Of a DNA stretch of 56,710 nt, positions 1 to 8,937 are shown piece by piece. Source of the stretch: an uncultured virus (IMG/VR IMGVR_UViG_3300028800_002448) (lineage: Duplodnaviria; Heunggongvirae; Uroviricota; Caudoviricetes); the IMG/VR virus record IMGVR_UViG_3300028800_002448; one strand, written 5' to 3'. Below the pieces are notes generated by a model. The model saw nothing but the letters and a program-made list of their open reading frames with translations. It made no database searches and had not been told where the DNA came from. Every line of letters begins with the position of its first letter. Within the stretch, counting starts at the first letter, position 1. Made by a program: the position numbers and the translations under genes.

Positions 1-217
1 TGACGATCGGGATGGAGGTCTGGATCGACCTGCGGAGGTTCATGCCGGGCGGGACGATCGTCCTGCCGAAGCTGAGCGTTCCGTGGCCGTTCCTGCGCGA
101 CGGAAGGTTCGGCGACCATTCATGGACGTCGTTCACCTTGAGGGCGTCGATCTCGATGACGGCACCGTCTTCGACGTCGGAGGCCTGAAGATCTTGAGAG
201 GTCGTCATGGACGTCAT
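1..217 (-). CDS. Hypothetical protein (runs off window) with N-terminal DVEDG tag
   Basis: Manual translation from ATG 217 (ATGA overlap with upstream stop): MTSMTTSQDLQASDVEDGAVIEIDALK...; open to position 1. Confidence 0.7.
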   Translation of the reverse strand, partial: MTSMTTSQDLQASDVEDGAVIEIDALKVNDVHEWSPNLPSRRNGHGTLSFGRTIVPPGMNLRRSIQTSIPIV

Positions 218-582
218 CTACGGCAGGCTTCACCGTGCATGTGAAGGCAGAACTTCCTCATCGAGACGTAGCTCGATGGATCTCCGAGGGCGGAGATCAT
301 CTCGTCGGCCTTCTGCCTGACGAGCGTCTGTAGCTCTTCGACGGAGATGTTTCGGGCCTTGGGATCCGAGATGAAGACGTCTGCGTAGTAGGCGACCCAA
401 GGCGGAGGCTTGAACCTGTTCGTGTTCTCGGAGAACTCGCGCAGGCGAGAGACGACCTTCTCGACGGCTACCCTGTCGATCTTGTCCTTGCCGAGCCTGA
501 GGTTGTCGAAGGCGAGGGCAGCCTTGACGAGGTCCCAGCGCAGGTCGAAGAAGGGAGACGGAGCGCGGTTGTAGCAGAACAT
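214..582 (-). CDS. Hypothetical protein
   Basis: 122-aa ORF overlapping both neighbours in a tightly packed chain. Confidence 0.6.
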   Translation of the reverse strand: MFCYNRAPSPFFDLRWDLVKAALAFDNLRLGKDKIDRVAVEKVVSRLREFSENTNRFKPPPWVAYYADVFISDPKARNISVEELQTLVRQKADEMISALGDPSSYVSMRKFCLHMHGEACRR

Positions 583-788
583 CAGAGACGCTTTCGAGCG
601 GCGGCGATCTCATCGAGCCGCCGGGAGATGCGACCGAGAGCCTGCTGGATGTAGTTCAGCTTGATCATGTGTTCGTCATGTTCAGCCTGCCGGTGGTCAC
701 GGTCTTCCAGCTCTCGATGACGAGAGGCGACCCAGTGAACATCCACGGGCTCGTACTCGCCGACGTCTTTGAGGGTCAGGTCTTCCAT
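582..788 (-). CDS. Small coiled-coil hypothetical protein
   Basis: Internal ATG at 788 (MEDLTLKDVGEY...) overlapping the upstream stop; C-terminal heptad pattern. Confidence 0.6.
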   Translation of the reverse strand: MEDLTLKDVGEYEPVDVHWVASRHRELEDRDHRQAEHDEHMIKLNYIQQALGRISRRLDEIAAARKRL

Positions 789-1102
789 CACAAGCCGTCG
801 ATGTGCTCGATCGCGTTCATGGCGGCAGCGGCCAGCTTCACGAGATGGGCCCTCAGGTCGACGACGTCGGACGTCGCGAGGACCTGAGCCGTCGCAAGCT
901 CGATGATATGGCGATGCGTGAGGGTTTGGGCGCGGAGGTTCCTCTCGAACTCCATCTTGGCCATGGACGCCTGCTTGACGTGGATGAGCTTGCCCGTGTC
1001 GAGGGCCATGTCGACCGGGAACTGGCCCATGCAGTCTAGGACCTCCTGGAAGACCTCGACGCGATCGGTGGCTGTGGCTTCTTCTGCTTGGTGGTCGCTC
1101 AC
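788..1102 (-). CDS. Degenerate MazG-like (all-alpha NTP-PPase fold) phage protein
   Basis: GTG start with GGAGG; THRHIIELATAQVLA...DLRAHLVKLAAAAMNAIEHID resembles the TWxHILxEE...LRxELVQVAAVAxxWIE pattern. Confidence 0.45.
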   Translation of the reverse strand: MSDHQAEEATATDRVEVFQEVLDCMGQFPVDMALDTGKLIHVKQASMAKMEFERNLRAQTLTHRHIIELATAQVLATSDVVDLRAHLVKLAAAAMNAIEHIDGL

Positions 1103-1412
1103 GTGGCCTCCTGGACGATTCGAAGCTCTTTGCGCGCGAGCCTGAACTTCGATACTGCGGCGGTGATGGTCGATGCGATGGCGACGCGGGAGATCTGGTT
1201 GCATCCACAGTGGCAGTGGAGGCGCACGGACCACCACCTGCCTAGGGCGCCTATGGAGATCTTCTTCATGGGCTGAGCGGCAGGGAGGCTAGTCGTCATG
1301 TCGCATCCTCTCGATCTCGGCGCGACGGGACTCGTCGATGCAGTCGATCGCGAAGAGGACGAGCACGAGAGCAGCGAAGCCGACCCACTTGAGGATGCTC
1401 ACGGGCGCCCTC

Positions 1413-2336
1413 CTACTTCTTGCCCATGATGGCCGCCGCGGCGGCGAGGCCGATGTCGCCCAGATCTCCTACGGTGGCCCTGTCGGCGGTCGCCGAGATC
1501 TCGGCTTTTTGTTCAGGCGTGATCATGGTCTTCATGACCTGCTCCAAGATCGTGCCGAACAGGACCATCTGTCGCTCGGAGAAGATGCCGCTCTTCGCGA
1601 TCGTGTCGAGCTTCTGAGGGTTGATCGTCTCGATGAACGTCATGACGGTCGATTCGAGGTTCGAGTGTCGCTGTCGGACAAGCTCCTGGCCCGCGAGCTT
1701 GTTGATGGCGATGGGGGCCAGCTCCATGATCTTGCCCCACATGAGCTTCTTGTTCTCGATCTCCGCGGCGACCTTCTGCTTCTCCATCTCGCGCTCGTCC
1801 TTGCGCGAGTACAGCTCCTCCATGACCTCGATCGTGTGGACGCGTTCGTTCATCAGGATCTCGTTCTTGGCCGAGAGGGTTTCCACGGTGCGGGCGAGGT
1901 GGGAGGTGAGAGCGCCGGTGGCGGCGATCGTGAGGCGCATCATCTCCTGGTTGTGGCGCATGAGCTGCGCGAGGAGGCCGACCTGGTTCGCGGGTTCGGA
2001 CGGTTCACCGTCGCCGGTCGGGATGCCCTCGACCGAGATCGTCGCGTTGTTGATCGGCGCGTCGCCGACCTGAGGCTTGCCGTCTTCGAGATCGAACGCC
2101 TTGAGGGCGAACCGTTGCGTTCCGCCGATGGCCGACGAGTGGGCGTAGGCTGCGTCCCACAGCTGGTTCCTGAACTCTTCGAGCGGGGGGTTGTTGCCGT
2201 CCCAGGTGCTCGTGTGGATGTGCGACGGACGCCCGAAGGAGTCCATGTGGTCGATCACGAACAGAAGCTTGCTGGCGAGAGTCAGCGAGCGTTCGAGGAA
2301 CGTGGTGATTGTCTTCTGGTTGGTGCCGACGGACAT
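1413..2336 (-). CDS. Hypothetical protein with central coiled coil
   Basis: 307-aa ORF, strong GC3 bias, SD-like AGGAG upstream. Confidence 0.8.
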   Translation of the reverse strand: MSVGTNQKTITTFLERSLTLASKLLFVIDHMDSFGRPSHIHTSTWDGNNPPLEEFRNQLWDAAYAHSSAIGGTQRFALKAFDLEDGKPQVGDAPINNATISVEGIPTGDGEPSEPANQVGLLAQLMRHNQEMMRLTIAATGALTSHLARTVETLSAKNEILMNERVHTIEVMEELYSRKDEREMEKQKVAAEIENKKLMWGKIMELAPIAINKLAGQELVRQRHSNLESTVMTFIETINPQKLDTIAKSGIFSERQMVLFGTILEQVMKTMITPEQKAEISATADRATVGDLGDIGLAAAAAIMGKK

Positions 2337-2369
2337 GGGAGTTGGGGACTCCTTGCAAGGGGACGGTGA

Positions 2370-3167
2370 TCAGAGCGTGTGAGGGGCATCCGTCGGCGCT
2401 CCCGCGGTCGGCGACTGGCCGGGGGCCGGTTGCGCGGGCGGGCTCGGGTGACCGGAGTAGGTGTCGGCCGTGCGTCGCTTGACCTCGGCGTCGATGTAGG
2501 TCTGGACGGCCTTGATGAAGCCCTCGGCCGTCGGGCGCTCTTCGTCCCAGCCGAACCGGTTGCGGAGCAGGGCGTAGTGGCGCGAGGAGAGGTGCCACTC
2601 GGGACCACATGCTTTCCATTGCTCGTAGAGGTGGATCGCGATCTCGTAGGAGACCTTCAGCTCGACGACGATGTTCCGGATGTTCTTGCCCTCGTCGAAC
2701 AGCTGGGTCGCGGTCGCGCTGAGGGCGCCGATCTGCTCAGAGGTGTAGCCGGTGTAGTCCTTCTTCATCGGCTTCGGTGAGGATGGTTGCGTCGATTGGT
2801 TGTCCTGCATGTCGACGCTCTTCAAGCGGTTCAAAGCCGGTGGAGGGCCTGGAGTCTGCTTGTAGTGTCGGTCCTCTTTGAGCTTCTCCGACAACTGTTC
2901 GACCTCTATCGGGTTGAAGAAGAGAGTGATCCTGCCGCCGACGCCTTTTTGCCCGTTCTTCTGACCCGTCCTGATCTTGATGGGTTTGAGATGACCGGCA
3001 GCGATGCGAGTGAACACGGTCGATCTCGACAGTCCAAGATGCTGCATCGTTTGCTTGAGAGTCCAGACATTAGACGGGTCCAGGACCGGTTGTTGGATCT
3101 TAGTCGGATCTTGGATCTGGATTGGAACGTCGGTTGGAAGAGAGGTGGTGGACACTTCTCTAGTCAT
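2370..3167 (-). CDS. HTH DNA-binding protein (excisionase-like N-terminal HTH plus second HTH)
   Basis: WTLKQTMQHLGLSRSTVFTRIAAGHLKP and QLFDEGKNIRNIVVELKVSYEIAIHLY motifs; TAAGCT 6 nt before ATG suggests leaderless start. Confidence 0.7.
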   Translation of the reverse strand: MTREVSTTSLPTDVPIQIQDPTKIQQPVLDPSNVWTLKQTMQHLGLSRSTVFTRIAAGHLKPIKIRTGQKNGQKGVGGRITLFFNPIEVEQLSEKLKEDRHYKQTPGPPPALNRLKSVDMQDNQSTQPSSPKPMKKDYTGYTSEQIGALSATATQLFDEGKNIRNIVVELKVSYEIAIHLYEQWKACGPEWHLSSRHYALLRNRFGWDEERPTAEGFIKAVQTYIDAEVKRRTADTYSGHPSPPAQPAPGQSPTAGAPTDAPHTL

Positions 3168-3212
3168 ACTAACAGCTTACATTTCTGCTTGTCCACGCAA
3201 CCGGAAATGGCG

Positions 3213-3247
3213 ACGGGCCCGCTCCGTCCAAGGACGGAGGGGCCCGT
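3213..3247 (-). terminator. Strong GC hairpin, probable terminator of the minus-strand membrane-protein operon
   Basis: ACGGGCCC-G-CTCCGTC-CAAG-GACGGAG-G-GGGCCCGT inverted repeat just past the 3272 stop; weak U-tract. Confidence 0.55.
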
Positions 3248-3271
3248 TAGATCGTCGAGATCGAAGGTGTG

Positions 3272-3739
3272 TTACGCGGCGCGCTTGGGCACGCTCGGCG
3301 GCGTCGGCGTCTCGTCGGTCATGACCGGCGGGGCGGCAGGCGCGGGCGGCACGGCTGCGATGGCCTGCTTGACCGTGTAGCGGTAGAGCGTGTAGCCGGC
3401 GGCGGTGGCGGCTGTGACGACGATGGCGGCGATCCTCGTGACCCCGGCCGGAAGGAACGAGAACGACGTGTCCGTGAGCACGACGGCGATGGAGCCGCCG
3501 ATGGTCGCGATGGCTGCCCAGAAGCCGGGCGTCTTCCAGCCGGCCTTCCCGAGGGGCTCCGACGGCAGCGACGTGTGGAAGTAGGCGTACGCGGCGGCGG
3601 CGATGACGGCCGCCGCGAGAGAGACCCACTTGGCCTCGCCTGCGCTCAGCATGGGTGCGATCGAGCCGAGGACGGCGACGATGGTGACCCAGGATTCGGA
3701 CTTCGAAAGCTCGGCTTTTGGTGAGGTCGTGTCGGACAT
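3272..3739 (-). CDS. Multi-pass membrane protein, holin-like
   Basis: Four hydrophobic segments; duplicated KSESWVT.. / GWKTPGFWA.. motif like the GWKTSEFW start of small phage holins. Confidence 0.55.
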   Translation of the reverse strand: MSDTTSPKAELSKSESWVTIVAVLGSIAPMLSAGEAKWVSLAAAVIAAAAYAYFHTSLPSEPLGKAGWKTPGFWAAIATIGGSIAVVLTDTSFSFLPAGVTRIAAIVVTAATAAGYTLYRYTVKQAIAAVPPAPAAPPVMTDETPTPPSVPKRAA

Positions 3740-3765
3740 TTTGTTCTCCTACTGGTTCAAGAAGA

Positions 3766-4002
3766 TCAGTCGTCGATCGCAGTAGCGAGCGTGTCGACGT
3801 TGACGCGGATGAAGACGATCTTGTGGGGGCTTTCTGACGAGTATCGGGTCTTCTTGGGGAGAGCGATGCCGACGACGGTCGTACGGTTCTTCCAGAGGGT
3901 GAGGGGAGCACCCTCGTCGATGACGCGTGCGCCATGACCGGCGGCGGCAACGGCCGAGGCCAAGATCGCGCGACGCTGAAGACCGACGAGGGGGTTCTTC
4001 AC
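3766..4002 (-). CDS. Small hypothetical protein
   Basis: 78-aa ORF coupled to upstream gene. Confidence 0.5.
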   Translation of the reverse strand: MKNPLVGLQRRAILASAVAAAGHGARVIDEGAPLTLWKNRTTVVGIALPKKTRYSSESPHKIVFIRVNVDTLATAIDD

Positions 4003-4244
4003 AACAGCACCGAACCGCTCTGGATCGCCGTGGTGATGTCGTGGGCCAGCTTGGCCGACACCGGGCGGACGAGGTCGCGGAGGGTCGCCAGCGAGAAGCT
4101 ACGCGTGTCGGAGACGCTCCAGCCGAGGGCCTTGGCGATGCGGTCGTGCAGACCGTCTTCGTGGTGCTTGCACGCGACGGCGCTTCCCTTGGTGACGATG
4201 CAGGACGGGACGTGCTTGTGCTTTCGCTTCTTGCTGACGGCCAT
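3999..4244 (-). CDS. Small basic hypothetical protein
   Basis: 81-aa ORF, K/H-rich N-terminus. Confidence 0.65.
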   Translation of the reverse strand: MAVSKKRKHKHVPSCIVTKGSAVACKHHEDGLHDRIAKALGWSVSDTRSFSLATLRDLVRPVSAKLAHDITTAIQSGSVLL

Positions 4245-4248
4245 GGGT

Positions 4249-4479
4249 TCAGACGCCCTTCATGCTCTCTTCAGCTGCTTCGCCCATGAGGTGGGCACCG
4301 CCGATCTCGGCGCGCCAGCTGATGGGGTTCCTCTTGAAATTCATGAGGTCGCTGTCGAGCGTGTCGATGCCGCTCACCTTCGCGCGGCGTGCATGCTTCA
4401 CGTGCTTCTTCGGCTTCGGGCCGAAACGGAAGGTGTGGACGGCGTCTTCGAGGGCGTGACCGAACGTGAACATCTTCAT
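4249..4479 (-). CDS. Small basic protein starting MKMFTFGHA
   Basis: SD GAAGGA; shares N-terminus and NPISW with 4495-5028. Confidence 0.75.
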   Translation of the reverse strand: MKMFTFGHALEDAVHTFRFGPKPKKHVKHARRAKVSGIDTLDSDLMNFKRNPISWRAEIGGAHLMGEAAEESMKGV

Positions 4480-4494
4480 GGAGGTTTCCTTCTT

Positions 4495-5028
4495 CTAGAG
4501 TCGGTTCGTCCGGCGACGTCGATCGACGATATGGGCTCGTCCGAGCCCGTCGTACGCGAGGCCGATGCCGCTCGACTGGCTCTTCAGTTGCGCCGCGATG
4601 GCCTCGCCGGCAGGACCGAGCCTGACCGTGGAGGTCTGACCGTGAGCCTTGTCGTAGGCCTGCTGGGAGAGGACGCGCTTGACGTCTGCCTCGGCCGACT
4701 TCTGATGGTCGTCGCTGACCTGAGCGCGTGAGGTGCTGGCGGCTGGCGCGACATCGTCATGCGATGCGGTCTTCGTCGGCTTGGAAGACTTCTGGTTCTT
4801 GGCGGCCTTCTTCGCTTCGGCCTGCTGTTTCTGAGCGACCTTCGCGTCGTGGAGCTTCTGGTTCGCGGTCTGAAGCTGCTTCTTGGCGTCGTCGACGTCC
4901 TTCTTGGCAGCCTTCGTCGCGGGATCATCGGACGACGCGAGCCACGAGATCGGGTTCCACCACGAGCCGACGTCGAGCCGACGCGGGAGAGCGTCTGCGG
5001 TGGCGTGGCCGAAGGTGAAGATCTTCAC
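4495..5028 (-). CDS. Basic coiled-coil protein starting MKIFTFGHA
   Basis: GTG start right after the 5032 stop; K/A/Q-rich helix. Confidence 0.75.
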   Translation of the reverse strand: MKIFTFGHATADALPRRLDVGSWWNPISWLASSDDPATKAAKKDVDDAKKQLQTANQKLHDAKVAQKQQAEAKKAAKNQKSSKPTKTASHDDVAPAASTSRAQVSDDHQKSAEADVKRVLSQQAYDKAHGQTSTVRLGPAGEAIAAQLKSQSSGIGLAYDGLGRAHIVDRRRRTNRL

Positions 5029-5031
5029 GGC

Positions 5032-7896
5032 CTAGGCCGCCTTCTTCTTGCCCTTGATGGCCATGAAGAGGCCACCACCGAGGAGGAGCACGCTGCCGAG
5101 GACGGCGGGCACGTAGTTGCCGGTGTCGGGACCCGCGACGGAGGCCTGGACCTCCTGGCCGCGGATGTCCTTGAGGACGTCGGCCTTGTCCTTGCGCGCC
5201 TTGTCCTCCATCGCCTTCTTCGTCGCGGCGGCAGCGGCGACGCCTTCGAGCTGCAACTTCGCGCTCGGATCTCCGGCCTTCTGGCGATCCTTGATGTCGG
5301 CGAGCGTCGTGTGCGCCGCGGCCTTCGTGTTGGGATCGTCGCTCTCCAGGTCGTCGACGAGCGTCGCGCCGGCCTGCATGTTGTTCTTGGCGCTCTGGTC
5401 ACCCTTCTTGCTGTCGAGGATGAGCTTCGCGGCTCCGCCTGCGACGGCACCCACGCCGAGCGCGACGGCGGCACCCTTGACGAGCTTGCTCGACACGGGA
5501 GTGTCGCCCGGGTTGGCGACCTCCTCGGGCGTCGGCGGCGGCGGCGGCGGGATGTTGTCGGCGACTGGCTCGGACGAGGCCGACGTCGAGCGAGATGCCG
5601 AGCGCGGGGCAGAGCTGCGCTGAGTGACGGGCATAGGGGCAGGCACATTGGCCTGCATCGTGCGTTGGCCGGATTCGAGCGGCGGCGGGAGCGGCTCGGC
5701 GGCAGCGGCGGCAGCGCCCGGCGTGTTGACGGTGACCGTGATCGAGTTGGCTGCCGAGATGCCGGCGAGCTTCTTCTGAGCCTCGATGGCGGCGGGGCCG
5801 GGCTGCGTGGCGGCGGCCTGGAGGTCGGCGATGTGCTGTTGGGCGGCAGGATTGCCGGCGGCGGCAGCTTGTGCAGTCGCAGAGCCCTCGGCGATGGTCT
5901 TCTGAGCGTCCTTCGACGCCGATCCACCGGTCTTGGCGGTCTTGATCAGGTCGGCGGTGACGGTCGGAGGAACGCCGAGGGCGTTCGACTGATCGACGAC
6001 GATCTGAGGATGCGGGATGACGGGGACCTTGGCGACGACGGTCGGCGAGGGCGGTGCCTTGAGAGGCGGAGTCGGGCGCGCAGCGATGCGTGCGCTCGTT
6101 CCGGCGAGACGCTTCTCCTGCTCGGCGGCCATCTGCTGATGAACGTCGGTGGCGGCCTTGCCGAACTTCGCGGCGACCGTCGGGAGGCCGGCCTTGTCGG
6201 CGGCTGCCTGCGCGTCCGTCAGCTCTTTGAGCGTGACGGGCTGCTTGGTGGCGAGCTTGTGTGCGCCGTTTTCGAGGGCTTCCTTCTCGTACTTGTCGAG
6301 CTTCTTCATGCCGTCTTCGACAGCACTGCTGTCGTCGGGCGTGTAAGAGGCGAGCATCGTGCTGCGTGGAGCGGGAAGAGGCTGCTTGGGACGCGACCCG
6401 CCGGGGGGTTTGTCGCCCTGATGAGTCTTCGAGGTGGTGGCGACGGCGACGGCCGTCGTGGCAGCGGCGGCGCCAGCGGCCGGCGCGAAGGACTTGAGCT
6501 TCTGAGCGAAGGCGTCGGCGGTCTTCGTCTGGCCGCTCGATCTCGCGACCTGCTCGGCGATCTTCATGTCGGCCGGGTTGTTGCTCTTGATGCCGGCCAT
6601 GACGAGTCGCTGGCTGAAGATCTTGACGACTGGATCAGGCTTCTTCTCGACGATCGAGAGCCTGCGGGCTTCGGCGAGCTGCTTGACGGTGGCGGCGTCG
6701 CCGATCGCCAGAGTGTGCAGGAGGATGGTGTTCGTCAGGGGATAGTTGGTCCCGTGGGCAGCATGCATCTGCCCTGAGACCTGGGCTGCGACGGTGAGAT
6801 CTTTCTGCTGCGGAACGGAGCCCTTGCCGAGCTGGTCGAGGACGCTCTTGAACGTCGTCCAATCCTGCTCAGAGACGCTCTCGGGCTTGCCGGGGCTCTT
6901 GCTCTTGAGAGCGTTGTCGACGGCGTCGATCTTCGTCGTCTGTGCGACCTTGACGACGGGCGGCTTCTTGGCGGTCGCCTTGGCGGCGACGGCCGCCGTC
7001 GCGGCGATGGCGCCTGCGGGCAAGAGGGCGGCGAGGACGTCGGCCTGCTCGGTGTGGCCGTACTTCACGGCCGTCTTGTGCGCGAGGACGAGGTTCTTCT
7101 GAGGGACGTCGTGTCCGCCTCCCGTCTTGATCGCGTTGTCGACCTTGGCGTAGTTGGCGTACTCGGCGTCGGTGACGCCGTATCGGCCGGGTATGTCGAC
7201 GAGCGGACGGAGCTTGTGCATCTGCCCGAAGATCTGAGCGCGGGTCTGCGTGTCCTTCGCGCGGTTGGCGATCTCGTAGGCGAAGTTGAGCTTGCCGTAG
7301 GAGATCCCCTGAGCCTTGCCGCTCTTGACTGCGGCGACGAGCTGCTTGTAGCTGGCGGCCTGGTCGGGCGCGAGGCCGGCCGGGATCTTCACGCCGCCGG
7401 CCGCGGGCGCGGGCGACGCGTGAGAGGCGACGGCCGGCGCGGCGGGAGCGTGCTGAGCGACGCGCGGGGCTGCCGTCGTCGGCTTCTTCGCGGCGACGGT
7501 GGACGCGGCTGGCGCTGCGGGCGTCGAGGCGCCGACCTTCTGGAACTTGAGCGGCGCTTGGGAGGCGATCTGCTTCTTGCCAGACTCGGTCGAGGCCAGC
7601 ATGAGCCTGTCCGTGTCGGCATCGGTCAGCATCTTCTGCATCGCGGGCGTCGCCTTCGCCTGCACGGCGACCTTCTTCGCGTAGGCGAGCTGAGACGGCT
7701 GGATCACCCGCTTCGCCTGGATCTCGAACAGCGTGGTCGTGAGGACGCTCCAGTCCTGCTTCGTCACGCCGTCGGGCTTCCGGCTCATGGCAGCCTTCCA
7801 CTTCACCGAGGTCAAGCCGTCGATGACGGGCATGACGGCCGGCTTCTTGGCTGCGGCAGGCGTGGCGGGAGTGGAGCTGCTGGTCGAATCGGGCAT
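5032..7896 (-). CDS. Large Ala/Lys/Pro-rich repeat protein with C-terminal membrane anchor (possible virion or membrane protein)
   Basis: ATG 7896 with GAGG SD; repeated helical units; ends VPAVLGSVLLLGGGLFMAIKGKKKAA. Confidence 0.8.
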   Translation of the reverse strand: MPDSTSSSTPATPAAAKKPAVMPVIDGLTSVKWKAAMSRKPDGVTKQDWSVLTTTLFEIQAKRVIQPSQLAYAKKVAVQAKATPAMQKMLTDADTDRLMLASTESGKKQIASQAPLKFQKVGASTPAAPAASTVAAKKPTTAAPRVAQHAPAAPAVASHASPAPAAGGVKIPAGLAPDQAASYKQLVAAVKSGKAQGISYGKLNFAYEIANRAKDTQTRAQIFGQMHKLRPLVDIPGRYGVTDAEYANYAKVDNAIKTGGGHDVPQKNLVLAHKTAVKYGHTEQADVLAALLPAGAIAATAAVAAKATAKKPPVVKVAQTTKIDAVDNALKSKSPGKPESVSEQDWTTFKSVLDQLGKGSVPQQKDLTVAAQVSGQMHAAHGTNYPLTNTILLHTLAIGDAATVKQLAEARRLSIVEKKPDPVVKIFSQRLVMAGIKSNNPADMKIAEQVARSSGQTKTADAFAQKLKSFAPAAGAAAATTAVAVATTSKTHQGDKPPGGSRPKQPLPAPRSTMLASYTPDDSSAVEDGMKKLDKYEKEALENGAHKLATKQPVTLKELTDAQAAADKAGLPTVAAKFGKAATDVHQQMAAEQEKRLAGTSARIAARPTPPLKAPPSPTVVAKVPVIPHPQIVVDQSNALGVPPTVTADLIKTAKTGGSASKDAQKTIAEGSATAQAAAAGNPAAQQHIADLQAAATQPGPAAIEAQKKLAGISAANSITVTVNTPGAAAAAAEPLPPPLESGQRTMQANVPAPMPVTQRSSAPRSASRSTSASSEPVADNIPPPPPPTPEEVANPGDTPVSSKLVKGAAVALGVGAVAGGAAKLILDSKKGDQSAKNNMQAGATLVDDLESDDPNTKAAAHTTLADIKDRQKAGDPSAKLQLEGVAAAAATKKAMEDKARKDKADVLKDIRGQEVQASVAGPDTGNYVPAVLGSVLLLGGGLFMAIKGKKKAA

Positions 7897-8018
7897 GTGT
7901 TTCCTCACCACGCAGGGCGCGGTTCAATGAGGAAGCGCGAAAGCCTTGGGGGCAGCCCGTGCTCCTAAGTACGGAATTTTCTCAGCGGTCAGACGGAAAG
8001 TCAACGATCTGGAGGACC

Positions 8019-8429
8019 TCAGTCCTCCCACTTCTGCTGGCGACCGCGACCGCTGCGCTCGCGACCGTCACGCCCACCACCGCCGCCGCCACGATCACCG
8101 TAGCCGCCGCCGCCACCACCGCCGTAGCCACCACCGCCACCACCGCCGCCGCCACCTCCGCCGCCACCGGTGCGAGCCGGGCGTGGGTTCGCGATGGTGA
8201 CGCGGATCGTGCGATGTCCGACCTGCGTGCCGTCGGCCGCAGCGATGATCTCTTGTGCCTTCGTGGGGGATTCGGCCTCGATGAAGCCGAAGCCCTTCGA
8301 CTGTCCGGACTCGCGATCCTTGACGACGTGGGGCCGAGACACGGTGTAGCCCATGCCGCTGAAGATCTCGGTCAGCTGCTGCTCGTCGACGGTGTAGGGA
8401 AGGTTTCCGATGTACAGGCGGTTTTCCAC
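8019..8429 (-). CDS. RRM-domain RNA-binding protein with Gly-rich tail
   Basis: RNP2 LYIGNL, RNP1 KGFGFIE, DRESGQSKG and a poly-Gly/RG tail. Confidence 0.93.
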   Translation of the reverse strand: MENRLYIGNLPYTVDEQQLTEIFSGMGYTVSRPHVVKDRESGQSKGFGFIEAESPTKAQEIIAAADGTQVGHRTIRVTIANPRPARTGGGGGGGGGGGGGGYGGGGGGGYGDRGGGGGGRDGRERSGRGRQQKWED

Positions 8430-8464
8430 GAAGCTCTCCTGGTCGTTTCAGTTGCTGGTTGCGG

Positions 8465-8698
8465 TTACTTGCGTCTGCCGAGGAAGTGGCTGCCAAGCTC
8501 GAAGACGAAGCGTGCCGTCGAGGGCTTCTTCTCTTCCTTGGATAGCTTCTTCATCCTGTCGTGCAGATCCTTGCCGTTTTGGATCTTCTCCGTCAACACG
8601 ATGCCATGACCGATGAGGCCGTAAGCATCGTCGCGCGCGTCTTCGGCCTTCTCGACGGAGTCGGCGATGTTCCCGAGCATGTCCCAGAAGGTGCTCAT
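8465..8698 (-). CDS. Hypothetical protein
   Basis: MSTFWDMLG..., ATGA-coupled to upstream ORF. Confidence 0.6.
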   Translation of the reverse strand: MSTFWDMLGNIADSVEKAEDARDDAYGLIGHGIVLTEKIQNGKDLHDRMKKLSKEEKKPSTARFVFELGSHFLGRRK

Positions 8699-8937
8699 GG
8701 TTCGACCTCGAAGGTTGCGGAGATGATCTCTTGGTTTTCTTGGAAGGCTGATGTGCGATCGATCGGAGCAGGGTTGTAGACCCACTCGCTCCTCACGATC
8801 TCCTCGACGACCTTGCCGTCTTCGTCTTCTGAGATCTTCTTGAATTCGAACACGATTTGTTCGGGGTCGGGGCCCCTCACAATCCCACCATCGTGAACGT
8901 CTTGTACGCTCAGATCTGTCGACTCACCGGGCGTCAT
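8695..8937 (-). CDS. Hypothetical protein with N-terminal DVHDG tag
   Basis: MTPGESTDLSVQDVHDGGIV; coupled ORF. Confidence 0.7.
   Translation of the reverse strand: MTPGESTDLSVQDVHDGGIVRGPDPEQIVFEFKKISEDEDGKVVEEIVRSEWVYNPAPIDRTSAFQENQEIISATFEVEP

Noticed and set aside
2370..3167. Excisionase marking a prophage boundary
   Set aside because: No integrase, att-like repeat or host genes nearby; only the HTH type is similar
4759..6777. 672-aa plus-strand ORF (similar long antisense ORFs at 1338-2369, 16951-18204, 39454-40977, 46554-47879)
   Set aside because: Shadow frames opposite real genes, expected from high GC3; L/R/G/V-rich with no motifs
8070..8170. GCC/ACC trinucleotide-like repeat
   Set aside because: Encodes the poly-Gly tail of the RRM protein
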